A stretch of 64,000 nucleotides of DNA from an uncultured Pelagibacteraceae bacterium (GCA_902571005.1 CACGAG010000001.1:40449-104448), one strand, 5' to 3'; counted from the stretch's first letter, positions 9,990 to 20,370 are shown. Numbers and translations are program-made. The notes: generated by a model not told the origin, from the sequence alone.

Positions 9990-11348
9990 TTAAACATTAA
10001 GCAATAAATGTTCTCGCTCCCATGCACTGATAACATTTTGATATGCATCGTGCTCTGTTTGTTTGATTTCAGTAAAAAGTGTAACAAATTCCTTTCCCAA
10101 AGTTTCGGATAATTCATTACTCACTTTTAATCTTTTTAATGCATCTGGAAGGTATTTAGGAATATTATGCCTTCTTTCAAATGCATCACCTGCAGTGGGT
10201 TTTTCTGGTTCTGATTTTTCTTTTAATCCTAGATATCCACACGCAAGTGATGCCGCAAGAGCAAGATATGGATTTGTATCGGCACCAGGTATTCTATTTT
10301 CTATTCTTCTTGAATCAGGTGATGACGTGGGAACCCTAAAAGCAACAGTTCTATTTTCGATACCCCAGTGGGTATTAATTGGAGCAGAGGCATCAATGAC
10401 AAATCGTCTGTATGAATTAACATAGGGAGCAAATAAGAGCATTGCATCTGGTAAATATGTCTGAAGACCTCCTATGTAATGTAAAAATTCTTTTGAATTA
10501 TTTCCATCTTGATCACTAAAAAGATTTTTATTTGTCTTAGTTGAAACCAGATTTTGGTGAATATGCATTGAACTTCCAGGCTGACCCTGATACGGCTTTG
10601 CCATAAACGTTGCGTGTATACCGTGTTTTAATGCAACTTGTCTGACTGCTCTTTTAAACATGAACGCTTGGTCTGCAAGCGCTAGAGGATCACCATGATT
10701 TAGATTTATTTCTATTTGAGAAGGACCGGACTCATGCACAAGTGTATCCACCCCTATCTCCATTAGCTCGCAATAATCGTAAATATCGTCTGTTAAAGCA
10801 TCAAACTCATTGACGGCATCTATTCCAAAGACACGGCTGCCTGTTTCTCTTCGACCAGACTTTCCAACTGGTGTTTTTAAAGGTAAATCAGGATCAAGAT
10901 TTTGCTCACATAAATAAAACTCTAATTCAGGTGCAACAATTGCTTTTAAATTTTCCTCTTTTAATAATTCAATAATTTTAATTAAAACCTGGCGCGGCGC
11001 AATTTCTGATGCTTCACCGGTGCCATATTTAAGATCGCAAATAATTTGCGCTGTTGGTTCCTTGTTCCAAGGAATTTTTCTCAAAGTTGAAAGGTCAGGA
11101 GACATAAATAAATCTTCTTCGACATAATCAATCACTTCGCTCTCATAGACCCATTTACCAGAAACTGTTTGACCAAAAACTGAGTCAGCGAGTTTGAGAC
11201 TATGGTCTTCTATAGATTTCAAAAATCGTTGAACAGGAAGAATTTTTCCTTTTGATGATCCAGCCATATCAGGAAAAATACATTCTACTTCAGATATTTT
11301 GTTTGACCCAAGCCATTGCTTGAGTTCACTGTTTGAACTAACCGTCAT
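9990..11348 (-). CDS. Glutamine synthetase family protein, PuuA-like gamma-glutamyl-amine (polyamine/alkylamine) ligase
   Basis: 452 aa. Has 'ATFMAKPY', 'GSSMHIHQ', 'APYVNSYRRF', 'WGIENRTVAFRVP' and 'RIPGADTNPYL'. These motifs and the overall length resemble E. coli PuuA more than GlnA. Confidence 0.75.
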   Translation of the reverse strand: MTVSSNSELKQWLGSNKISEVECIFPDMAGSSKGKILPVQRFLKSIEDHSLKLADSVFGQTVSGKWVYESEVIDYVEEDLFMSPDLSTLRKIPWNKEPTAQIICDLKYGTGEASEIAPRQVLIKIIELLKEENLKAIVAPELEFYLCEQNLDPDLPLKTPVGKSGRRETGSRVFGIDAVNEFDALTDDIYDYCELMEIGVDTLVHESGPSQIEINLNHGDPLALADQAFMFKRAVRQVALKHGIHATFMAKPYQGQPGSSMHIHQNLVSTKTNKNLFSDQDGNNSKEFLHYIGGLQTYLPDAMLLFAPYVNSYRRFVIDASAPINTHWGIENRTVAFRVPTSSPDSRRIENRIPGADTNPYLALAASLACGYLGLKEKSEPEKPTAGDAFERRHNIPKYLPDALKRLKVSNELSETLGKEFVTLFTEIKQTEHDAYQNVISAWEREHLLLNV

Positions 11349-11383
11349 TGCTATTGAAATATTTTATAAAACCTGCCTGTGGT

Positions 11384-11953
11384 TTAATTATATTTAACCA
11401 CGAATAAATTCTGGCTTATAAATATATTTTTTTTTATTTTTGTAAACTTAAAAACAGTTTTATTGTCAAATTCATCATAAATTTCCCATTTTTTGAGATT
11501 TAAAGACTGTCGATCAAATACAAATTTGATTTGATTATCAGACTTGTCATCTTTAATTTTAAGCATCAGATGATAAAAATTATTTTCATCTGTCAGCGAT
11601 ATAATATCAAATTCATTCTTTATTAGGATATCTTCCGATAAAAGTTTCTTCAAAATACTGTCACCGATAGGAAAACTATCAATTTGATGACCTTCCTTAT
11701 CCACCACTACCATCAAACTTTTATTAGTTATAATATCTTCTTCTCTACCATTATATATAAACTTTGATTTGAAAGGCTTTAGAAAAAAAAATTGTCCATT
11801 AAAAATATTTCCCTCTTGATCAATTTGTTCAAATTGACCTGACATTGATTTTATTTCATTCCAATTATTTTCTATATCTTTAACAATTGGATTAGATAAA
11901 GAATTATTAACAACAAAAAAAAATAGGAGGATGGTTAAAATCGATGACTTCAT
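11384..11953 (-). CDS. lolA: LolA-like outer-membrane lipoprotein carrier protein
   Basis: 189 aa with a signal peptide. Lies immediately downstream of ftsK with a 1-nt overlap, matching the conserved ftsK-lolA arrangement. Sequence is weakly LolA-like. Confidence 0.65.
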   Translation of the reverse strand: MKSSILTILLFFFVVNNSLSNPIVKDIENNWNEIKSMSGQFEQIDQEGNIFNGQFFFLKPFKSKFIYNGREEDIITNKSLMVVVDKEGHQIDSFPIGDSILKKLLSEDILIKNEFDIISLTDENNFYHLMLKIKDDKSDNQIKFVFDRQSLNLKKWEIYDEFDNKTVFKFTKIKKNIFISQNLFVVKYN

Positions 11954-14229
11954 CAGGAATTAAATTTATCAAAATTAATTTCCCTCTTACCTACATGATT
12001 TGCAGCACTTATATATCCACTTTCTTCAAGTTGATCCATTATTCTTGCTGCACGATTATATCCAATTTGTAGTTTTCTTTGTAAAAGGCTCGTAGATGCT
12101 TTACCTTCTTTTTTTATAATATCTAGAGAGTCCTGAAGTAGAGTATCGTGATCACCTTCAGTGACTATTCCAAGATCATTATCAATTTCTTCTTCTTTTA
12201 ATATTTCTTCGTCATACTCAGGATTACCTTGTTTTTGAAGTGCGCGAACAATATTCTCGATCTCTTGATCAGATATAAACGGACCATGTATTCTTGAAGT
12301 AATTCCGCCAGCAGTCATCATTAACATATCGCCTTTGCCTAACAGTCTCTCAGCTCCCTCATCACCTAGAATGGTACGACTGTCAAACTTCGAACTTACT
12401 TGAAAACTAATTCTGCTTGGAAAATTAGCTTTAATAGTTCCTGTAATCACATCAACACTTGGTCTTTGAGTTGCCATAATTAAATGAATACCCGCGGCTC
12501 TTGCCATTTGTGATAGTCTTTGAATTGCGTGTTCAATTTCCTTTCCTGCAACCATCATCAAGTCGGCCATCTCGTCAACAACAACTACAATAAAAGGCAT
12601 CTTTTTATTTTCTATTTCAATTTGTGTAGTTGTTGGCTGTCCAGTTTCAGGGTTTATTCCAGATGGGATTGATCTCACTATCTTCTCTGACTTCTTGATA
12701 GCTTCAGCTATTCTCTGATTATAGTTTTCAATATTTCTTACACCTAACAATGACATTTTTTTGTATCGAGACTCCATTTCTCTAACAACCCATTTAAGTG
12801 CAACAATTGCTTTTTTTGGATCAGTTACAACAGGAGTGATTAAATGAGGAACACCTTCATATACTGACAATTCAAGCATTTTTGGATCAATCAATATGAA
12901 CTTGCAGTCTTCGGGCGAATGTTTGTATAGAATTGAAGTGATCATTACATTTATTCCTACAGATTTACCTGAACCTGTTGTCCCGGCGATAAGAAGGTGA
13001 GGCATATTTTCTAAATTAGCAAATTTAGCATTGCCACTAATGTCTTTGCCAAGAGCCAAAATTAAATTTTTATCATTGTTTACAAATTGTTCATTTTTAA
13101 AAAGTTCACTTAAATAAACAGGATTCTTAATGGTATTTGGTATTTCAATCCCAATGACATTTTTGCCTGGAATGATTGCAACACGTGCTGACATCGCACT
13201 CATGTTCCTTGCTATATCATCCGATAATGAAATTATTTTTGAGGCTTTAATGCCTGGTGCAGGTTGTAACTCATACATGGTGACTATTGGACCAGGTGAA
13301 ACTGCAATAATTTCTCCCTCAATCTTAAAATCAGTCAAAACATTTTTTAGCTTCTCAGCGTTTATTTTTAACTCTTCATGATTAACTGCATTATCTTTAC
13401 TTAATTCAGGTTTAGATAAAAAATTTATATCTGGCGCTTTATACGACTCCACATCAAAGACTATTTCGTCTTGTTGACTTACTGTTTCTTTATTAGCTAT
13501 CTCATTGCCATAAGTTGAAACGGGCTCATTTTTTAATGACTCGAAATCAATTTTAGGTTCAAGGCTTTTACTGCTAAAAGTGCTTTCAGAAGAGATTTTT
13601 TCAAACGGCTTTTTAAAGACTTTAGCATTAACCAGGCTCACGATTTGCTTAACATAAGAAACCAAGACATATATAAATTGCGATACTACTTTTAATAACT
13701 TACTCCATTCATGTAAATTTAAGCCCATTGTGAAGTAAAATGAAATTAGAAAAAGAATAAAAATGATTGTGACTAATAAATAATTTAGATAAACGTTTGT
13801 TACCAAGTTAGTTTCATAAATAAAAAAAAGTGATTGGGTCGCGATAAATCCATTTGATATCGGTAAGTCTACCGCTTCAAAAAAAAGAGCAAGCAAATAG
13901 ACTGTGATTGGTAACAATAAAAAATTAAGTGCGAACAGTTCTAAGTTTTTAGAAAAAAAAAGTTTGTACGCCCAGCTGGTCAGTATAATGCAAATGAGAA
14001 AGCTGCTATATCCAAAAAATTGTATTAGTACTTCAGATATGTTTGCTCCAATATATCCCCCAATATTTTTTATTTCATAGTTGTTTAGATTTAGAATACT
14101 TGGGTCAAAACCTGAATAACTTATTATTGATATGAGTATAAATGCACTTAATAATATTGACGCAACACCACTTATCTCAAGCAATCGATTGACTAAAAAA
14201 AGTTTAATAGAATCAGGTAAAAGCTTCAT
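11953..14229 (-). CDS. ftsK: DNA translocase FtsK
   Basis: 758 aa. N-terminal TM segments, Walker A 'GTTGSGKSV', 'ATQRPSVDVITG', and a C-terminal gamma wHTH 'LLQRKLQIGYNRAARIMDQLE'. Confidence 0.95.
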   Translation of the reverse strand: MKLLPDSIKLFLVNRLLEISGVASILLSAFILISIISYSGFDPSILNLNNYEIKNIGGYIGANISEVLIQFFGYSSFLICIILTSWAYKLFFSKNLELFALNFLLLPITVYLLALFFEAVDLPISNGFIATQSLFFIYETNLVTNVYLNYLLVTIIFILFLISFYFTMGLNLHEWSKLLKVVSQFIYVLVSYVKQIVSLVNAKVFKKPFEKISSESTFSSKSLEPKIDFESLKNEPVSTYGNEIANKETVSQQDEIVFDVESYKAPDINFLSKPELSKDNAVNHEELKINAEKLKNVLTDFKIEGEIIAVSPGPIVTMYELQPAPGIKASKIISLSDDIARNMSAMSARVAIIPGKNVIGIEIPNTIKNPVYLSELFKNEQFVNNDKNLILALGKDISGNAKFANLENMPHLLIAGTTGSGKSVGINVMITSILYKHSPEDCKFILIDPKMLELSVYEGVPHLITPVVTDPKKAIVALKWVVREMESRYKKMSLLGVRNIENYNQRIAEAIKKSEKIVRSIPSGINPETGQPTTTQIEIENKKMPFIVVVVDEMADLMMVAGKEIEHAIQRLSQMARAAGIHLIMATQRPSVDVITGTIKANFPSRISFQVSSKFDSRTILGDEGAERLLGKGDMLMMTAGGITSRIHGPFISDQEIENIVRALQKQGNPEYDEEILKEEEIDNDLGIVTEGDHDTLLQDSLDIIKKEGKASTSLLQRKLQIGYNRAARIMDQLEESGYISAANHVGKREINFDKFNS

Positions 14230-14335
14230 TATTCAACAAATAAAATAAAAATATTGAGATTCTATTAGTATTTGATTCATCTTGTTATTATATAGTCTCT
14301 TAAACAATTAACTGACTAAATTTTTCAAATAATAA

Positions 14336-15508
14336 ATGAAACATGAATTTGCTATATTTGGGTTCGGTATTTCAGCTAAAATTACATCATGCCTCTTAGC
14401 TAGAAATGGATTTTCAGTCTGTCTAATTTCAGATAAAGATCAAAAGCAAGAAATATCTAATACTAACCTTGTCACATTCCTATCTAGAGGTTCGCTTAAT
14501 TATCTTTCTTCCATGTTCCCAAACATAAAGCTATTTGTGGAACACCCTGAAATTGAATCTATACACTGTGAATTAAACAGCCTGAGAGGAAACAAACCTC
14601 AGTCCATAAAGTTTAATGATGGAGAAAAGCAAAATCTTGGAAAAATTGTAAAAAACATAGACTTAGACAAATACTTAGATCAAGAGATAGGCCAGTTAAG
14701 CAATATAAATATTATGCATGGAAGCTATCCCTCCATGGTTGAAAATAAAAAAGATGGAATTAAACTTAAACTTAATAACGGAGAAGAAATAGACACTGAT
14801 TTATTTATATTATCTTCAACAAAAAATAATATTACTGATCATATAAATGTTGATTTTATTAAAAAAGACTTAGAAAAAGATGCCTTGTCCATAAGTGTTG
14901 AAGGTGATATTAAAAATGCAAATTGTGCATTTCAAAAATTTACCTCCGATGGTCCTTTAGCTCTATTACCTTATTCAAAGAATGAAGCTTCCATTGTTTG
15001 GTCATTAAAAAGAGATTCAAAATTATTACACAAAAATGATGAAGAGCTTTTGCAAATTATCACTAAACACCTGAGTGAACAGGTTTCTTCAATTAAAATG
15101 ACAAGCAATGAAAAACATAAGCTTCAATTTGTCTATGCCAAAAATCTTGTATGCAAAAATACAGTATTGCTAGGAAATATTGCTCACAATATACATCCTA
15201 TTGCTGGCCAAGGACTTAATTTAAGCATTAAAGATATAGTTGTGTTTGTAAACCAGATTAAAAAATATAAATCTTTAGGCTATAAGCTGAATGATCAAAT
15301 GGTTTTGGATGAGTTTGAAACGAAAAGAAAAGTGGATAACACAGCCTATTCATTTGGTACATACTTACTTGATGATATATTTTCCAGTAATAACAACTTT
15401 ATAAATTTTACAGCCCGAAAAGGTTTGGGTTTAGTTGAAAAGACTAAAAATCTCAAACAGCTTTTTATTAGAAGTGCTACAGGTGAGGATTTTTATAAAG
15501 CTCTTTAA
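14336..15508 (+). CDS. UbiH/UbiF/COQ6-family FAD-dependent monooxygenase
   Basis: 390 aa. 'LLGNIAHNIHPIAGQGLNLSIKDI' matches the GDAAHxxHPxAGQGxNxGxxD motif. The N-terminal dinucleotide fold is degenerate. Confidence 0.75.
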   Translation: MKHEFAIFGFGISAKITSCLLARNGFSVCLISDKDQKQEISNTNLVTFLSRGSLNYLSSMFPNIKLFVEHPEIESIHCELNSLRGNKPQSIKFNDGEKQNLGKIVKNIDLDKYLDQEIGQLSNINIMHGSYPSMVENKKDGIKLKLNNGEEIDTDLFILSSTKNNITDHINVDFIKKDLEKDALSISVEGDIKNANCAFQKFTSDGPLALLPYSKNEASIVWSLKRDSKLLHKNDEELLQIITKHLSEQVSSIKMTSNEKHKLQFVYAKNLVCKNTVLLGNIAHNIHPIAGQGLNLSIKDIVVFVNQIKKYKSLGYKLNDQMVLDEFETKRKVDNTAYSFGTYLLDDIFSSNNNFINFTARKGLGLVEKTKNLKQLFIRSATGEDFYKAL

Positions 15509-16161
15509 TGGAGCTGATCGCTTTTTTCTCCAGAAAGATCGAAGATATAAGATTGATAGAGTGCCTCTAGTGCGTGGCCTCTCGTGATCAATGTTTTTGC
15601 TTCAAGTAGAAGTTGTTTTTCTTCAGGAGTGAAAGGAACTAATATTCCAGAATAATTTATTAATTGCTCAGTTGGAGTTTGTTTAATTATCTCCCAGTCA
15701 GCTAATATTTTTCTGTGTTCTAGATACCTTTTAACCAAAGCAAGAAGTTTTGACCGGTCAATGCTATCACTATTTTGACTCTCAGTATCAGTCTTAAAGC
15801 TATCGTAGTTAGCAAGAACCTGTCTGTAAGGAGTAGTTACATCCAATTCCTCATCAACTTCGAATCTTACAACACCAGATAATGTAATTAAATACCGACT
15901 GTCCTCTGCCTCATTAAATGAGGAAATGCGACCAACACATCCAACTTTTTTTAGAGATTTGTTTCCAGCCTCTTGATTTTGAGACGCAGGCTGTATCATG
16001 CCTAAGAGTCTCCCGGGGCTAGCAAGAGCATCATCTATCATTTGAACATAGCGTGGCTCAAAGATGTTTAAGGGTAACTGTGTCCCTGGAAAAAGTACTG
16101 CTCCAGTCAGAGGAAATATGGGGATTTTTCTTGATAGATCCTGAATGTTGATGTTTTTCAT
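15505..16161 (-). CDS. LON substrate-binding (Lon N-terminal) domain protein
   Basis: Start moved to ATG 16161 (MKNINIQDLSRKIPIFPLTGAVLFPGTQLPLNIFEPRY...), the canonical start of Lon-N domain proteins. The upstream 29 codons in the ORF track look non-coding. Confidence 0.7.
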   Translation of the reverse strand: MKNINIQDLSRKIPIFPLTGAVLFPGTQLPLNIFEPRYVQMIDDALASPGRLLGMIQPASQNQEAGNKSLKKVGCVGRISSFNEAEDSRYLITLSGVVRFEVDEELDVTTPYRQVLANYDSFKTDTESQNSDSIDRSKLLALVKRYLEHRKILADWEIIKQTPTEQLINYSGILVPFTPEEKQLLLEAKTLITRGHALEALYQSYIFDLSGEKSDQLH

Positions 16162-16252
16162 GTTATTACAAATAATACAATAGTTGTTATAAAAATGAAA
16201 TAATCCGCTTATCTTGAAAAACAAGGCTTTTTCTATTAGAACAAACAATATT

Positions 16253-16327
16253 GCGAGTGTAGCTCAGTGGTAGAGCGAAACGTTGCCAACGTTTAGGTCG
16301 AGGGTTCGACTCCCTTCACTCGCTCCA
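16253..16327 (+). tRNA. tRNA-Gly (anticodon GCC)
   Basis: Hand-folded cloverleaf: acceptor GCGAGTG/CACTCGC, D arm GCTC/GAGC, anticodon arm AAACG-TTGCCAA-CGTTT, T arm GAGGG-TTCGACT-CCCTT, encoded CCA. 75 nt. Confidence 0.93.
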
Positions 16328-16371
16328 AAATAAAAGATCACAACATAAGATAGTTTGTATAAACTCATCTT

Positions 16372-17715
16372 ATGAGAGCTTCAAAACTAGGTAGATATTC
16401 ATGGACAATGTTTGATTGGGCAAATCAGCCTTTCTATACGTTAATCATGACATTTGTTTTCTCTGTCTACTTTACAGATGTTTTTATCGCTGGTGATGAT
16501 GGTGCTCAAAAATTAACCCTCACGCAGACGATTTCAGGTCTAGCCATTGCTCTTTTAAGTCCTGTTCTTGGATCCATTACGGACATAAAAGGTAATAGAA
16601 AACTATTAATGGGAATAACATCTGCATTGTTTGTACTTGGTATGGCATTGCTTTGGTATTCACCTCCTGGCGCACCTGATGGTATTTGGCTCGTGATGTT
16701 TGGATTGATACTTGCTTCAGCAATGGTTGGGTTTTCTGAAGTCTTTAATAACTCAGTTCTAGCAACTATTGAAACTCCTGAGAACTCTGGTTGGTTAAGT
16801 GGTATGGGTTATGGGGTTGGTTATATCGCTGGTCTTATCGCATTAATTTTATTTTTAATAATATTAGTTTGGCCTGGAGGTGAAACTGAAAATCTGTACG
16901 GTTTGAATACAAATGAATATGAACATATAAGAATTGTAGGACCGCTATGCGCAATATGGTATGCGGTATTTATTGTTCCTTTATTTTTATTTACTCCAGA
17001 TCTTAAAAAAAGAGATGTTACTGTTATCAATTCAGTAAAGATTGGACTAACTAATTTCGTTAATACTTTTAAAGAAGCTAGAAAATATAAAAACATATTT
17101 ACGTTCTTAATAACAAGAATGTTTTATCAAGATGCTCTTAACGCTTTATTTGTAGTTGGTGGTGTTTACGCAAGTCTTGTCGTTGGGATGTCACTCACTC
17201 AAGTCTTAATACTTGGAATTATTTTAAATATCTTGTCAGGACCAAGTTCAATTTATGGAGGCTATTTAAATGATCTAATTGGTTCTAAAAATGTAATAAA
17301 TCTATCACTTTGGGGTTTATTAGTTTCAGGACTTTTAGGATTATCAATTGATAAGGATACAATATTTTATTTTTTTACGGTTAATGAATATTCGGCTAAC
17401 GTAGAAGAATTTACCTTGGGAATATTTAATTCTGTAAGTCAAGTTACATATATTTGTGTTGTCATTGGCATTTCAATTTTTTATGGCCCTGCTCAAACTG
17501 CATCACGAGCATTAATGGTTAAGCTTTCCCCAAAAGAAAAGATGACTGAATTTTTTGGCCTTTACGCCTTTGCTGGAAAGTCAACTGCTTGGCTTGTCCC
17601 AGGACTCATGTCACTAATACTTGCTTTCACTGATAGTCTTCAATATGCAATGATTTCTATAGTTCTATTTAATTTAATTGGTATCTTAGGGATGCATTTT
17701 GTCTCGGAAAAATGA
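16372..17715 (+). CDS. MFS transporter, UMF1/Atg22-like family
   Basis: 447 aa, about 12 TM segments. N-terminal 'WTMFDWANQPFYTLIMTFVFSVYF' is typical of the UMF1 family. Confidence 0.75.
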   Translation: MRASKLGRYSWTMFDWANQPFYTLIMTFVFSVYFTDVFIAGDDGAQKLTLTQTISGLAIALLSPVLGSITDIKGNRKLLMGITSALFVLGMALLWYSPPGAPDGIWLVMFGLILASAMVGFSEVFNNSVLATIETPENSGWLSGMGYGVGYIAGLIALILFLIILVWPGGETENLYGLNTNEYEHIRIVGPLCAIWYAVFIVPLFLFTPDLKKRDVTVINSVKIGLTNFVNTFKEARKYKNIFTFLITRMFYQDALNALFVVGGVYASLVVGMSLTQVLILGIILNILSGPSSIYGGYLNDLIGSKNVINLSLWGLLVSGLLGLSIDKDTIFYFFTVNEYSANVEEFTLGIFNSVSQVTYICVVIGISIFYGPAQTASRALMVKLSPKEKMTEFFGLYAFAGKSTAWLVPGLMSLILAFTDSLQYAMISIVLFNLIGILGMHFVSEK

Positions 17716-18209
17716 TTGTTGATTATTTAAATTTCATTTCGAAAAAAAAATCCCAAATCATAATATTCATTTTACTGAATATATGTGGTCTCATATTTTT
17801 TTTATTACCCCATGATATTTTTGCAAACATGTTGGATTTAAGGTTTTCTTATAATGAAGAAATTGTAAAACGAAGCTTTGTCTTGATTGGTGAAGATGGC
17901 AGACAATTATATTTTTTTTCTGCATTGATTATTGATACTATATATCCCTTATTATATGTGTCTTTATTTATTGGCGCTTACTTCAAATTATTTAAAAAAA
18001 ATGCTTTTCTGTTTATCTTCCCTTTGATGGCTGGGCTTTTTGATATATCAGAAAATATTCATGTAAGTTTACTTCTTTCAAATTTTCCAACATTTTCAAG
18101 TCAAAATATATTTTATTCCAGTACATCTACATCTATCAAATGGATAGCGATCGGAATTTCACTTACTGTGCTAATTTATGGTATTATAAAAAAACTAAGA
18201 TCAAGATAA
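17712..18209 (+). CDS. Hypothetical polytopic membrane protein
   Basis: 165 aa, about 4 hydrophobic segments. ATGA overlap with the MFS gene stop. No recognisable family. Confidence 0.5.
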   Translation: MIVDYLNFISKKKSQIIIFILLNICGLIFFLLPHDIFANMLDLRFSYNEEIVKRSFVLIGEDGRQLYFFSALIIDTIYPLLYVSLFIGAYFKLFKKNAFLFIFPLMAGLFDISENIHVSLLLSNFPTFSSQNIFYSSTSTSIKWIAIGISLTVLIYGIIKKLRSR

Positions 18210-18215
18210 TTAAAT

Positions 18216-18815
18216 TTGAATAACACTTTATCACGAATCATTTTTTTGGCACCTGTACTTACTGTAGTTATTTCTTATTTTTTTTCTTCACTTGGAGGTT
18301 ATGTTGAGTGGTGCTTTCCTCTTTTGGATGGATGCACTTCAATTAGCAAAGTAGGTAGATATGGCGTTTCTTTTTACCTATATAAAATATTCATTATCCC
18401 ATCTGTCATACTAATGATAATTTTCTGGCACCAAATAAATAAGTATTTTCACAAAAGTAATCTACTTTTGTTTCTTAGTGTTACTTCTTGTATTTTTTTA
18501 ATTATTTATCTATTTGCTCTTGGCTTTGAAGGAAAATTTTATAGATTTATGAGAGAGATAGGAATATTCGTATTTTTTATATTCTCGCCTGTAAGCCAAA
18601 CATTGTTAGTGTTTTCAATTTCTAATAACAAAATAAAATCAAAGTTATCTCTAAAAACACTTTTGTCTCTGTATTTCCTCTTTGTAGTGGGCTACTTACT
18701 TATTTTACCTCTTGATAACTCCAATTATGAAAATATGATTGAATGGAACTTCGCGCTTTTAATATTTTTATTTTTCCCTTTGTTTACAAGTTCGCTGAGG
18801 GAAACTAATGTCTGA
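18216..18815 (+). CDS. Hypothetical polytopic membrane protein (TTG start as given by ORF track)
   Basis: 199 aa, about 5-6 hydrophobic segments. The 3' end overlaps the convergent purH by 11 nt. No recognisable family. Confidence 0.45.
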   Translation: MNNTLSRIIFLAPVLTVVISYFFSSLGGYVEWCFPLLDGCTSISKVGRYGVSFYLYKIFIIPSVILMIIFWHQINKYFHKSNLLLFLSVTSCIFLIIYLFALGFEGKFYRFMREIGIFVFFIFSPVSQTLLVFSISNNKIKSKLSLKTLLSLYFLFVVGYLLILPLDNSNYENMIEWNFALLIFLFFPLFTSSLRETNV

Positions 18816-20370
18816 AATGACGAGTTCCAGTAAATACCATTGAAATTCCAGCATCATTGGCCGCTTTTATAACTTCATCATCTTTCATCGAGCCGCCTGG
18901 TTGTATAACCGCTTTAGCTCCAGACGAAATTGTTACTAGCAAGCCATCTGCAAATGGAAAGAATGCATCCGATGCAACTACTGAATTTTGGAGAGAGTTT
19001 TCATCAGATTTTTCCATTTCACTATTTTTTTGAGAGGCAATTTTAGCACTATCAACCCTGCTCATTTGTCCTGCGCCAATACCAATTGTTTTTTTATTTT
19101 TGACATAAATTATTGCATTTGATTTTACATGTTTACAAACTTTAAATGCGAATAACATATCCTCGATTTCTGCGTCACTCGGTTTTTTTTCTGTAACTAC
19201 TTTGAGATCAGATTTAGTTGTAATTGCCTCATCATTTGATTGAACTAGAATTCCTCCCTCAATACTTTTATAGTTTTGCGAATTATTATTTTTGCGAACT
19301 GACGATAAAGTAAGAACTCGTATATTGTTTTTTGACTTAAAAATTTCTTTAGCTTCATTACTTACATCTGGTGCGATAATAACTTCCGTAAATATTTTTA
19401 TAATTTCAGATGCTGTCTCTTTATCTATTGTTTGGTTAAGTGCAATGATACCTCCAAATGCACTGGTCGTATCACATGAAAATGCTTTCATATACGCTTC
19501 ACAAAGTGAACTCCCACTAGCAACACCACAAGGGTTCGCATGTTTAATAATTGCAACACTGGGGGTGTCCTCGTCAAATTCTTTAATTAATTGTAAAGCT
19601 GCGTCAGCATCATTAATATTATTATAACTCAGTTCTTTTCCTTGAAGTAACTTTGCATGTGGTATCCCTGATTGCTGCATGGATGACTTATAGAGACTTG
19701 CTGACTGATGAGGGTTTTCACCGTAGCGAAGTGTAGAAGATAATTTTGCAGCCGTTGAAAACTTATTAATAGGTTCGTCTGTATTTCTATGAAACCAATT
19801 ACTGATTAAAGAATCGTAGTAAGCGGTAGTCGAATATGTTTTTGCAGCAAGTGCCTTTCTAAACTTCAAAGTTGTTGAACCATTGTTTTCATTGAGCTCA
19901 TTAATGAAATCATCGTAATCGCCAACATCAGTTACTACTGTTACAAATTGATGATTTTTAGCGGCTGACCGCAACATTGCTGGCCCTCCAATATCAATAT
20001 TTTCTATGCAAATTTCTTCACTTTTTTCAGATTTTATAGTTTCTTCAAAGGGGTAAAGATTTACAATTATTAGGTCAATATCTTCTATGTCATGTTCCTT
20101 TTGAGACTGAACATGGTCTTCGTCATCTCTTTTTGAGAGCAAACCACCGTGCACTTTTGGGTGTAAAGTTTTAACTCGTCCGTCCATCATCTCCGGGAAA
20201 TTGGTTAAAGAAGATACATCCGTCACATCAACATCCATGTCTGCAATTGCTTTTGCAGTACCACCCGTTGAAACTATTCTAATATTATGTTCTTTGAGTG
20301 ATTGAACAACTTTTTCTAAACCTGATTTATCTGAAACAGAAATTAATGCGGTCTTAATTTTTATATCCAA
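18805..20370 (-). CDS. purH: Bifunctional AICAR transformylase / IMP cyclohydrolase
   Basis: 521 aa. N-terminal MGS-like 'ALISVSDKSGLEKVVQSLKEHNIRIVSTGGTAKAI' and C-terminal 'FTGTRHFRH'. Confidence 0.97.
   Translation of the reverse strand: MDIKIKTALISVSDKSGLEKVVQSLKEHNIRIVSTGGTAKAIADMDVDVTDVSSLTNFPEMMDGRVKTLHPKVHGGLLSKRDDEDHVQSQKEHDIEDIDLIIVNLYPFEETIKSEKSEEICIENIDIGGPAMLRSAAKNHQFVTVVTDVGDYDDFINELNENNGSTTLKFRKALAAKTYSTTAYYDSLISNWFHRNTDEPINKFSTAAKLSSTLRYGENPHQSASLYKSSMQQSGIPHAKLLQGKELSYNNINDADAALQLIKEFDEDTPSVAIIKHANPCGVASGSSLCEAYMKAFSCDTTSAFGGIIALNQTIDKETASEIIKIFTEVIIAPDVSNEAKEIFKSKNNIRVLTLSSVRKNNNSQNYKSIEGGILVQSNDEAITTKSDLKVVTEKKPSDAEIEDMLFAFKVCKHVKSNAIIYVKNKKTIGIGAGQMSRVDSAKIASQKNSEMEKSDENSLQNSVVASDAFFPFADGLLVTISSGAKAVIQPGGSMKDDEVIKAANDAGISMVFTGTRHFRH

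Noticed and set aside
10063-10425. 120-aa plus-strand ORF inside the GS-family gene. Similar cases are 19292-19627 in purH, 31952-32287 and 32591-32788 in DUF1302, 13130-13381 in ftsK and 6529-6798 in DUF3576.
   Set aside because: All are antisense to genes with strong family motifs, and none has a recognisable motif of its own.
11349-11383. Short hairpin (AAACC-N7-GGTTT) between lolA and the GS-family gene as a terminator or glutamine riboswitch
   Set aside because: The stem is only 5 bp with a weak U-tract. The 35-nt spacer is too short for any known glutamine or glnA RNA element.
16253-18815. tRNA-Gly as the attachment site of an island comprising the MFS gene and two membrane ORFs
   Set aside because: No direct repeat of the tRNA 3' end, no integrase and no obvious composition shift by eye. 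Kept only as a low-interest note.
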